Shown here: piece after piece, positions 8,600 through 14,487 of the stretch
Position numbering within the stretch: position 1 is the first letter of the stretch
How the letters are laid out: the number at the start of each line of letters is the position of its first letter
Source of the DNA: a virus
Lineage: Duplodnaviria; Heunggongvirae; Uroviricota; Caudoviricetes
Virus record (IMG/VR): IMGVR_UViG_3300022173_000112
Span: 66,916-111,835 of that record
Reading direction: 5' to 3' (one strand)
Length of the DNA: 44,920 nucleotides
Position numbers and translations under genes: made by a program
Notes under the pieces: generated by a model
The model's database searches: none
What the model saw: the letters and a program-made list of their open reading frames with translations, nothing else
Told to the model about the DNA's origin: nothing

Positions 8600-9103
8600 A
8601 TGGACTACCTAGACAAAGCTAGAGAGAACATGGCGAAGCATATCGACAAACTGGTGTTGGCAGAAGCCGCAGCACCTTTAGGAGTGACCATGACTGAACC
8701 AATCAAGAACGGCGACTTTGTCGTCAAGGATTCTGGCGAACGTAAGGAGTTTGAAACCGGAGCAGTTCGCGACAAGTCAAGTGGCAAAGGTCGCTTCGAC
8801 TTGATTCCTCCACATCCTCTCCGCCGATTAGCCAAGCTTTACGAAGCTGGCTCTCTCAAGTATGCGGAACGGAACTGGGAGAAAGGAATCCCAACTGGTC
8901 GGTTCTTCGATAGTGCTTTCCGGCATCTGATGGATTATGCGGAAGGTGATCGAAGTGAGGATCACTTGATTGCTGTTGCGTGGAACGTGTTTGGTATGGT
9001 TTGGACTCAGGAGCAAGTACGACTCGGCAGACTGCCGGAATCATTGCTGACGTTTCCTGAGCCAAAGCCACTCGATGGGACAACGAAAGACGTACCGTTC
9101 TAG
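8600..9103 (+). CDS. dATP/dGTP diphosphohydrolase domain protein (DUF5664-like)
   Basis: KDSGERKEFETGAVRD...KGRFDLIP...LYEAGSLKYAERNWEKG...DSAFRHL...EDHLIAVAWN, the typical family pattern. Confidence 0.88.
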   Translation: MDYLDKARENMAKHIDKLVLAEAAAPLGVTMTEPIKNGDFVVKDSGERKEFETGAVRDKSSGKGRFDLIPPHPLRRLAKLYEAGSLKYAERNWEKGIPTGRFFDSAFRHLMDYAEGDRSEDHLIAVAWNVFGMVWTQEQVRLGRLPESLLTFPEPKPLDGTTKDVPF

Positions 9104-9109
9104 TGAAAC

Positions 9110-9191
9110 ATCACGCGAGGTCGTATACAACTCTGGAGTAACATCCAGCGGCGGTCCATCTCCGAAAGAGAAACGGATGTCGCGGCGTGAT
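9110..9191 (+). ncRNA. unassigned structured RNA candidate A
   Basis: Closing stem atcacgc/gcgtgat; hairpins ctgga-GTAACA-tccag and tctc-cGAAA-gaga; ends 4 nt before tRNA-Arg. Confidence 0.45.
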
Positions 9192-9195
9192 ATCT

Positions 9196-9269
<74 letters not shown>

Positions 9270-9274
9270 ATGTA

Positions 9275-9356
9275 GGGAACGTGGCCGAACGGTAAGGCAC
9301 AGCCCTGATAAGGCTGCGTGCGAAAGCACTAGCAGGTTCGACTCCTGCCGATCCCA
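9275..9356 (+). tRNA. trnI: tRNA with GAT (Ile) anticodon and a type II long variable arm
   Basis: GGGAACG/CGATCCC, D-arm GCC/GGC, CAGCC-CT GAT AA-GGCTG, variable arm GTGC-GAAA-GCAC, GCAGG-TTCGACT-CCTGC, A73. Confidence 0.85.
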
Positions 9357-9357
9357 A

Positions 9358-9463
9358 TAGTTGATTCGCGTCAGGGTCAACTAGACGCACTTCGGGTGCG
9401 GATGCAACTGGGCTTACATAAGCAGGCTTACCAGAGCTATGCAAGACTCCTAACGGAGTAGTC
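9358..9463 (+). ncRNA. unassigned structured RNA candidate B (could be the spoVG leader)
   Basis: Consecutive hairpins tagttga/tcaacta, cgcac-TTCG-ggtgcg, ctgg..gctta/aagc..ccag and actcc-TAAC-ggagt. Confidence 0.4.
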
Positions 9464-9465
9464 CG

Positions 9466-9819
9466 ATGGCAATCACAATCACCGAGATCAATATTCGGAA
9501 GCCCCAATATCTTGATTCTCGGCTCCTGGCGTTTGTTACTGTAGTCTTCGATAACTGCTTCGCAATCACGGACCTGAGGCTATTGCAGCTGAAAGACGGT
9601 CCTTTCCTGGCGATGCCTTCGAAGAAAGCATCTACGCCGTGCCAGCATTGCAGACGTAAAAATACGTTTGATTGCAGGTACTGCGGTAAGTGCGGCAAGC
9701 TCTTGGAGTTCAAGGCGGAAGAGCATTTTGACGTAGCTTTTCCGATCAATAACGAGTTTCGTCAATTCATGCTACAGTCGATCCTTGAGAAATACAAGGC
9801 TGAGACACCTGTAGCATAA
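9466..9819 (+). CDS. spoVG: SpoVG family protein with CxxC/CxxC Zn-ribbon insert
   Basis: ITEINIR...LLAFVTVVFDNCFAITDLRLL...GPFLAMPSKK...HFDVAFPINNEFR; insert CQHC...CGKC. Confidence 0.92.
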   Translation: MAITITEINIRKPQYLDSRLLAFVTVVFDNCFAITDLRLLQLKDGPFLAMPSKKASTPCQHCRRKNTFDCRYCGKCGKLLEFKAEEHFDVAFPINNEFRQFMLQSILEKYKAETPVA

Positions 9820-9825
9820 TCGTAT

Positions 9826-9905
9826 CGGTGAGTGATTTGTGGCATTAAGGCTCAGGCGTCCAACCCTTCGGGGCGTGACCAGAAAGTGTCTCCACATACT
9901 CACCG
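9826..9905 (+). ncRNA. unassigned structured RNA candidate C
   Basis: Long irregular hairpin: cggtgagt/actcaccg, tgtgg/ccaca, apical ccc-TTCG-ggg; ends 4 nt before tRNA-Thr. Confidence 0.45.
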
Positions 9906-9909
9906 TGTT

Positions 9910-9983
9910 GCCCGTATAGCTACAATTGGTAGAGCGCCTGCCTTGTAAGCAGGGGGTTGAGAGTTCGAGTCTCTCTGCGGGCT
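9910..9983 (+). tRNA. trnT: tRNA-Thr(TGT)
   Basis: GCCCGTA/TGCGGGC, CCTGC-CT TGT AA-GCAGG, TTCGAGT. Confidence 0.92.
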
Positions 9984-9991
9984 TTTGATTT

Positions 9992-10080
9992 GGGCGCGTG
10001 TGCCGAGCGGCAAAGGCGGCATGCTGTAAACGTGCTGTGGAATAGCTATCCACTCGCAGGTTCGAGTCCTGCCGTGCCCA
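9992..10080 (+). tRNA. trnY: tRNA-Tyr(GTA)
   Basis: GGGCGCG/CGTGCCC, GCATG-CT GTA AA-CGTGC, long variable arm GTGGA/TCCAC, TTCGAGT. Confidence 0.9.
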
Positions 10081-10099
10081 CTTCTTTTGGAGTGTCAAC

Positions 10100-10333
10100 A
10101 TGCTGAACTGGTTTCTCTCCCTGTTCAAAAAGTATCGGGATGGTGAGTCCCGAGTCGGCCGAATCAATTGGCACCTGGATCATCAACGGTATACCGTTGC
10201 TCTCTGTGGTGGCAATGAAATCGTGACAGCCTACAATGTGAATGACCATGAAGAAGTCATTCCACGCGGATCGGCTGTTACGCTCATCCACCAAAACGAT
10301 ACGTGGTACTTCCATGTGCCGGTGTGGCTATGA
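10100..10333 (+). CDS. hypothetical protein
   Basis: 77 aa with GGAG RBS; ATGA overlap with the HAD gene. Confidence 0.65.
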   Translation: MLNWFLSLFKKYRDGESRVGRINWHLDHQRYTVALCGGNEIVTAYNVNDHEEVIPRGSAVTLIHQNDTWYFHVPVWL

Positions 10334-10746
10334 GCATTCTGTTCCTTGACATTGATGGAGTCCTGAACGGCCACCAGAGACATGCTAATGGGTATTGCGG
10401 TATTGATTCCCATTGCATGAGTAACCTGAACCATGTAATCGCACAAACCAAATGTCTGGTTGTAATCAGTTCCGCTTGGCGGTACATGATGCCAGAAGCC
10501 ATGACCATTACTGGCTTTGAGTATTTACTCAAGAGTCATGGTTTGAATGGTAGTGTCTACGGTTACACTGAACGTGACGAAGTAATCACGAAACGCGAAG
10601 ATCAGATTTTGGCCTATCCCAAGCAAGGCAAATGGGCCGTTGTCGATGACCTTCCTCTAGCCATAGAGAACTTCGTCCGAACTGATGGTCGTATCGGTAT
10701 GCAACGGCATGAAGCCGAGATGCTGATTAAATTGTTGGCCGGTTAA
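10330..10746 (+). CDS. HAD-family phosphatase (Swiss Army Knife RNA-repair-like HAD domain)
   Basis: ILFLDIDGVLN (DxD), VVISSAWR, WAVVDDL. Start moved to MSILF. Confidence 0.88.
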   Translation: MSILFLDIDGVLNGHQRHANGYCGIDSHCMSNLNHVIAQTKCLVVISSAWRYMMPEAMTITGFEYLLKSHGLNGSVYGYTERDEVITKREDQILAYPKQGKWAVVDDLPLAIENFVRTDGRIGMQRHEAEMLIKLLAG

Positions 10747-10809
10747 CTCAATTGGTAGAGTGCCAGTCCTACACACTGGATGTTACAGGTTCAAGTCCTG
10801 TACCGGCTA
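10737..10809 (+). tRNA. trnV: tRNA-Val(TAC), with C at position 33
   Basis: GGCCGGT/ACCGGCT, CCAGT-CC TAC AC-ACTGG, TTCAAGT; overlaps the last 10 nt of the HAD gene. Confidence 0.85.
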
Positions 10810-10812
10810 CTT

Positions 10813-10906
10813 CCCTCTACGAGTCGAAAGACAGCACTGTTATCGTGTCACCGATGAATGAGAAAGGTGGACCTGGCGTATCCAGGGTGAATAGTCGGCT
10901 AGAGGG
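10813..10906 (+). ncRNA. unassigned structured RNA candidate D (multi-branch)
   Basis: Closing stem ccctcta/tagaggg; gtc-GAAA-gac, actgtt/aatagt, cacc/ggtg, cctgg-cgtat-ccagg. Confidence 0.5.
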
Positions 10907-10912
10907 ATTACC

Positions 10913-10969
10913 ATGCCTGACGATGATGAAGATGAAGAAGACGAGGACATTGATATCTATTGTCCTTAA
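10913..10969 (+). CDS. putative 18-aa acidic peptide MPDDDEDEEDEDIDIYCP
   Basis: ATG 6 nt after AGAGGG; stop 1 nt before tRNA-Glu. Confidence 0.35.
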   Translation: MPDDDEDEEDEDIDIYCP

Positions 10970-10970
10970 A

Positions 10971-11043
10971 GGCGAGTGAGATGTCTTGGCGATATCACCG
11001 GGCTTTCAATCCGGGCAGATGGGTTCGAATCCCATACTCGTCA
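10971..11043 (+). tRNA. trnE: tRNA-Glu(TTC), atypical D-arm
   Basis: GGCGAGT/ACTCGTC, CCGGG-CT TTC AA-TCCGG, ATGGG-TTCGAAT-CCCAT; positions 8-9 are GA instead of TA/TG. Confidence 0.75.
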
Positions 11044-11057
11044 CTCCTTAATGGGAG

Positions 11058-11657
11058 ATGACTATGTTCAAGTTACTCTTAATCAGTCTGATGTTGGGCG
11101 CGACTCCTGCGGAGATCACGCAAAGTACAGTCAAAGTAGATTATCGATTCGGCGACAACATCCTCGTTGGGTCTGGAACGATAATCGAAACCACCGACGT
11201 GAGCTTTAGTGTACTGACGTGTTCGCATTGCGTCCGACATCATGTGCCCAATGGAAAGAGCAAAATCATTCTTCAAGATGGTCGAAGCTACCCGGCAACG
11301 ATTATCAAGATTGACCCGGACCGTGACCTATGCCTCTTGAAGTCGGACTTCAAGATCGAGATCAAACCTTCCGAGTTCGCGGACGATGATTACAAAGATG
11401 GAACAAAGATTCAGGTGTCGGGGTTCTCGGCTGGTCGGTTCTATTCTCTACGGAATGGAACCGTGACCAATGACTTTGGTTGGAAGGTTATCAACAAGGA
11501 CAAAGTCATCTCACCGATTCTGAATGTACACGCCGTGCAAGGTGATTCGGGTGGTGGCGTGTATCGCGATGGAAAACAGATAGGTGTGCTATGGGGCGGT
11601 ACCCCTGGTGGCATCTACGTGAATCGGATGGATACGATTAAGTCGTTCTTGAAGTGA
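11058..11657 (+). CDS. trypsin-like (S1) serine protease with predicted signal peptide
   Basis: GSGTII, VLTCSHCV (His), DRDLCLL (Asp), QGDSGGGV (Ser); hydrophobic N-terminus FKLLLISLMLGA. Confidence 0.93.
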   Translation: MTMFKLLLISLMLGATPAEITQSTVKVDYRFGDNILVGSGTIIETTDVSFSVLTCSHCVRHHVPNGKSKIILQDGRSYPATIIKIDPDRDLCLLKSDFKIEIKPSEFADDDYKDGTKIQVSGFSAGRFYSLRNGTVTNDFGWKVINKDKVISPILNVHAVQGDSGGGVYRDGKQIGVLWGGTPGGIYVNRMDTIKSFLK

Positions 11658-11662
11658 ATTTA

Positions 11663-11723
11663 TCGGGCCGCTCCTGCAATGTGGAGATGATGCATCAGGG
11701 TGGTGTAAACCCATCCGGTCCGA
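11663..11723 (+). ncRNA. tRNA-like mini RNA lacking an anticodon arm (candidate E)
   Basis: tcgggcc/ggtccga, ctcc-TGCAATGT-ggag, tga-tgca-tca, gggtgg-TGTAAAC-ccatcc. Confidence 0.45.
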
Positions 11724-11727
11724 CCCT

Positions 11728-11800
11728 GCGGGTATAGCTCAATTGGCAGAGCGTCAGTTTTCCAAACTGGATGTTGAGGGTTCGAGTCCCTCTACCCGCA
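11728..11800 (+). tRNA. trnG: tRNA-Gly(TCC)
   Basis: GCGGGTA/TACCCGC, TCAGT-TT TCC AA-ACTGG, TTCGAGT; discriminator is A. Confidence 0.92.
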
Positions 11801-11805
11801 CTATG

Positions 11806-11934
11806 CCTGATCGTCTTACCTTTGGCAAGGCAGCCGGTCAGGACAGCGGTGGATTAGAGCGTGTGGGGCTACACCACCAGGCTTATTACGAGTAGAGAGG
11901 TTGTGCCAACAGCCATACTGTAATCGGTCAAGCC
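11806..11934 (+). ncRNA. unassigned structured RNA candidate F (three hairpins)
   Basis: cctgatcg/cggtcagg (11806-11842), ggtgg/ccacc (11848-11878), and ggctt-attac-agta-ggttgt GCCA acagcc-tact-gtaat-aagcc (11880-11934). Confidence 0.4.
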
Positions 11935-11955
11935 CTTCCTTTTAGGAGATTCACA

Positions 11956-12393
11956 ATGATCGCAGGTACTGTCCTTATTTCAAGGAACAATGACGAGGCT
12001 TTGAACACAAGTCCTGGTCATTGGAACCATTGTGCAATCTACGTGGGTGGTGGACGCATCATCCATTCCCTACGTGATCAAGGTGTTGTCGAAACAGTCT
12101 ATGGCGAATGGCTCGCTTATGACTGTACTTGGGTATCCTTGATTCCTATTGATGTGGCGGTTGGATACAAGGCTGCATTCAAAGCGACACAGCTTGTAGG
12201 CTTGCCGTATCGTACTCTGTCAAGCGTGTTTCTGCGTGCTAGGAACCTTAGCCGTGGAATCAATTGTGTTGATGCAGCGGTCAGGGTTCCTTACGAGTTT
12301 GCTTTAGGGAAGAGCCTCAGTTCGATTCATTGGCCTGACCATGTAATCGAACTCACAGGTGTGTTCACAAAAGGACCGACAAGTTCAGACTGA
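11956..12393 (+). CDS. permuted papain-like NlpC/P60 amidase (YiiX/YebB-like)
   Basis: GTVLISR, GHWNHCAIYVG (His first), VGLPY, INCVD (Cys second); AGGAG RBS. Confidence 0.85.
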   Translation: MIAGTVLISRNNDEALNTSPGHWNHCAIYVGGGRIIHSLRDQGVVETVYGEWLAYDCTWVSLIPIDVAVGYKAAFKATQLVGLPYRTLSSVFLRARNLSRGINCVDAAVRVPYEFALGKSLSSIHWPDHVIELTGVFTKGPTSSD

Positions 12394-12398
12394 TTCTC

Positions 12399-12473
12399 GG
12401 GCCGTTAGCTCCTAACTGGTAGAGCGCCTGCCTTGCAAGCAGGAGGTTGTGGGTTCAAATCCCACACGGTCCA
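12399..12473 (+). tRNA. trnA: tRNA-Ala(TGC)
   Basis: GGGCCGT/ACGGTCC with G3:U70, CCTGC-CT TGC AA-GCAGG, TTCAAAT. Confidence 0.94.
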
Positions 12474-12485
12474 TTGGAGATTGAA

Positions 12486-12647
12486 ATGGAACTTTTAATT
12501 AAGAAGTGGCGTGCCGAAGCAAATGATTTGGGGCGTCGCTTAAGAAGTGGTTCTTACATTGACCAACAACAACGTGCTGCTTATAGTGCGAAGATGAAAA
12601 CTCTTCGTGCTTGCATCAAAGAACTCAAAGGGATTGGTTATGGCTAG
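12486..12647 (+). CDS. hypothetical protein (53 aa)
   Basis: Start at MELLIKK after GGAG; helical and basic. Confidence 0.55.
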   Translation: MELLIKKWRAEANDLGRRLRSGSYIDQQQRAAYSAKMKTLRACIKELKGIGYG

Positions 12648-12816
12648 ACCATTGCTAGACTTGGTTGATCAAGTTGCGAAGGAACCAACGAAGAGAGACT
12701 TGCAAGAACTTCGACTAAGAATCGAGGCGATCCAACGCGGGGTTGATGATTACCCGCCAGACCTTTGCATGGTGCATGTTAAGGATATCTTGCAAGGAAA
12801 TTGTATCACTTATTGA
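12640..12816 (+). CDS. hypothetical protein (58 aa)
   Basis: Start at MARPLL, overlapping the previous stop. Confidence 0.55.
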   Translation: MARPLLDLVDQVAKEPTKRDLQELRLRIEAIQRGVDDYPPDLCMVHVKDILQGNCITY

Positions 12817-12821
12817 AACAT

Positions 12822-12894
12822 TCCCCGGTAGCACAACTGGTAGTGCAACTCGCTGTTAACGAGTAGGTTGTAGGTTCGAATCCTACCTGGGGAG
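12822..12894 (+). tRNA. trnN: tRNA-Asn(GTT)
   Basis: TCCCCGG/CTGGGGA, ACTCG-CT GTT AA-CGAGT, TTCGAAT, G73. Confidence 0.94.
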
Positions 12895-12896
12895 CT

Positions 12897-13058
12897 TGTG
12901 TGGACAAGACGGTTAATCGGCTAGTCAATCGAAAGCCGGGAGACAGGCTCGTCCGGGCCATCAGCACTCGTCAGAGTATTGATGGCCCGGCCTAGACCTC
13001 CGGATAGTGCGATTGCGGGTTGACTCGTTGCGACTAGCCCTCGAAAGCAGTCCACACA
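12897..13058 (+). ncRNA. unassigned structured RNA candidate G (162 nt)
   Basis: Closing stem tgtgtggac/gtccacaca, ggctagtc/gactagcc, and a 17-bp hairpin ccgggccatcagcactc-GTCA-gagtattgatggcccgg. Confidence 0.65.
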
Positions 13059-13062
13059 TTAA

Positions 13063-13134
13063 CGGTGCGTTGCTGGAAGGCCATAGCACGTGGTTTGGGA
13101 CCACGGGATGACGGTTCGATTCCGTCCGTGCCGA
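13063..13134 (+). tRNA. trnP: tRNA-Pro(TGG)
   Basis: CGGTGCG/CGTGCCG with C1-G72 and A73, CGTGG-TT TGG GA-CCACG, TTCGATT. Confidence 0.88.
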
Positions 13135-13135
13135 A

Positions 13136-13295
13136 TGCTGATGAACGCGGAGTCATGTCGCGTACATGAATTAGCGAGAGGGATACTGTGAGCCGCCGGG
13201 AATCCCAGCGGGTGTACACTCACGGAAACGAATCTGTTTCGCAGGTAGTCGTCCCAGGGATATATCTCCTGGCTTCCGGAATCCTGCCATCAGCA
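13136..13295 (+). ncRNA. unassigned structured RNA candidate H (160 nt)
   Basis: Closing stem tgctgatg/catcagca; inner catg/catg, ctgtgag/ctcacgg, ccgc/gcgg, gaaac/gtttc, ccagg/cctgg. Confidence 0.6.
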
Positions 13296-13301
13296 CCTAT
13301 T

Positions 13302-13355
13302 AAAACGAAAAAGCCCGCGTAAACCAATTTTGGTCTACGCGGGCTTTTTTCGTTT
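13302..13355. terminator. bidirectional Rho-independent terminator at the convergence of the two genome arms
   Basis: aaacgaaaaagcccgcgta...tacgcgggcttttttcgttt, with an A-tract before and a T-tract after. Confidence 0.9.
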
Positions 13356-13911
13356 ACACGTTTGCGAGGACAGCCGGTTTGTCGTAGACGATGATGACGC
13401 GGACAACACCAGCGGTGACGTTGGTGTCACCGAGGGCGGAACCGTTAGTCACGATGCCGTTGACGTCGATTGTCGTTTCACTGGCGATGATGCCGAGGGC
13501 ATCGGTGGGAACCTTATTGATCTGGGTATTCTTGGTCAGTGTGGCCAAGGTACCGAGTTGGTCAACGTCACCACCATGAGGTCCAATACCAAGCTTGACA
13601 GTGGTGCTTCCACCGACTGCGAGCGTGGTAATCTGTGCGATGACGAGCTTGACTTTCGAGCCAGCCGGAATCGTACAGACAGGTTTGTACTTCGTGGCAT
13701 TGCCAGTGAAGTCGATGACTTCATCGACCTTCACTTCGATCGAACCAGCAGGATCAGCAAGCATCTCGGCACGAAGTTGTGCCAGAGTGATTTCCTGTTC
13801 CTGACTTTGGCTCTTGGTCACACCACGGTCATCAACGACCGAGGTCGAGTTCTTGACCACAATCGTATCGACTGTGTAATCAAGATTGGGAGTGGATACT
13901 GCCATATTCAA
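13354..13911 (-). CDS. virion structural protein, putative capsid decoration/spike (paralog 2)
   Basis: 185 aa, beta-rich (VCTIPAGSKVKLV...VRVIIVYDKP), with highly biased codons like the coat gene. Confidence 0.6.
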   Translation of the reverse strand: MNMAVSTPNLDYTVDTIVVKNSTSVVDDRGVTKSQSQEQEITLAQLRAEMLADPAGSIEVKVDEVIDFTGNATKYKPVCTIPAGSKVKLVIAQITTLAVGGSTTVKLGIGPHGGDVDQLGTLATLTKNTQINKVPTDALGIIASETTIDVNGIVTNGSALGDTNVTAGVVRVIIVYDKPAVLANV

Positions 13912-13923
13912 ATCTCCAGAGGG

Positions 13924-14484
13924 TTAGACGTTGGGGAGGATGGCCGGTGTGTCGTACACAATCAACACACGGACTTTGCCGCTGACCAGGTTTCCATCCG
14001 ACAGCGAACCGTCGGCGACAACCGTGGCACACAAATCGATTGTGGTTTGCGACGCGATGATCGCATTCGCATCCACAGGAACTTTCGACAGTTGGTAATT
14101 CTGCGTCAGGTTGGCCGCACCTTGCAGCAAAAGTGCAGGTGTCGTACCATGAGTACCAAGACCCAAAGAATCACCGGTGCCATCATCGACAACCGTTGTG
14201 AGAATCTGAATGGTAGCACGTTTGACTTTCGATCCTGCCGGGATAACGCAAACGGCAATGTAGCCGGCGTCAGGGGCAAGAGCCGTGATGTCGATTGTTT
14301 CATCGACACGCACTTCTTGCAGTCCAGTTGGATCAACGAACAATCGTTGATGAAGTTCTTCGAGCGTGATGACAACCGGAACTTTCAATTGTCGAGTCGT
14401 GCCATCACCAAGCACGACAGACTGGTTTCGAATCACCGGAACGGTATCCGATGTAAACTCCAAAGCAGCTTGCGGAGTTGCCAT
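13924..14484 (-). CDS. virion structural protein, putative capsid decoration/spike (paralog 1)
   Basis: 186 aa, alignable end to end with 13354-13911 (VCVIPAGSKVKRA...VRVLIVYDTP). Confidence 0.6.
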   Translation of the reverse strand: MATPQAALEFTSDTVPVIRNQSVVLGDGTTRQLKVPVVITLEELHQRLFVDPTGLQEVRVDETIDITALAPDAGYIAVCVIPAGSKVKRATIQILTTVVDDGTGDSLGLGTHGTTPALLLQGAANLTQNYQLSKVPVDANAIIASQTTIDLCATVVADGSLSDGNLVSGKVRVLIVYDTPAILPNV

Positions 14485-14487
14485 AGG

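Noticed and set aside
8600-9103. 2-aminoadenine (Z) genome
   Set aside because: No PurZ or DatZ-like gene in the window, and a Dam methylase is present.
10752-11209. ORFs 10752-10979 and 10976-11209
   Set aside because: They overlap tRNA-Val, tRNA-Glu and the protease; they are read-through artefacts.
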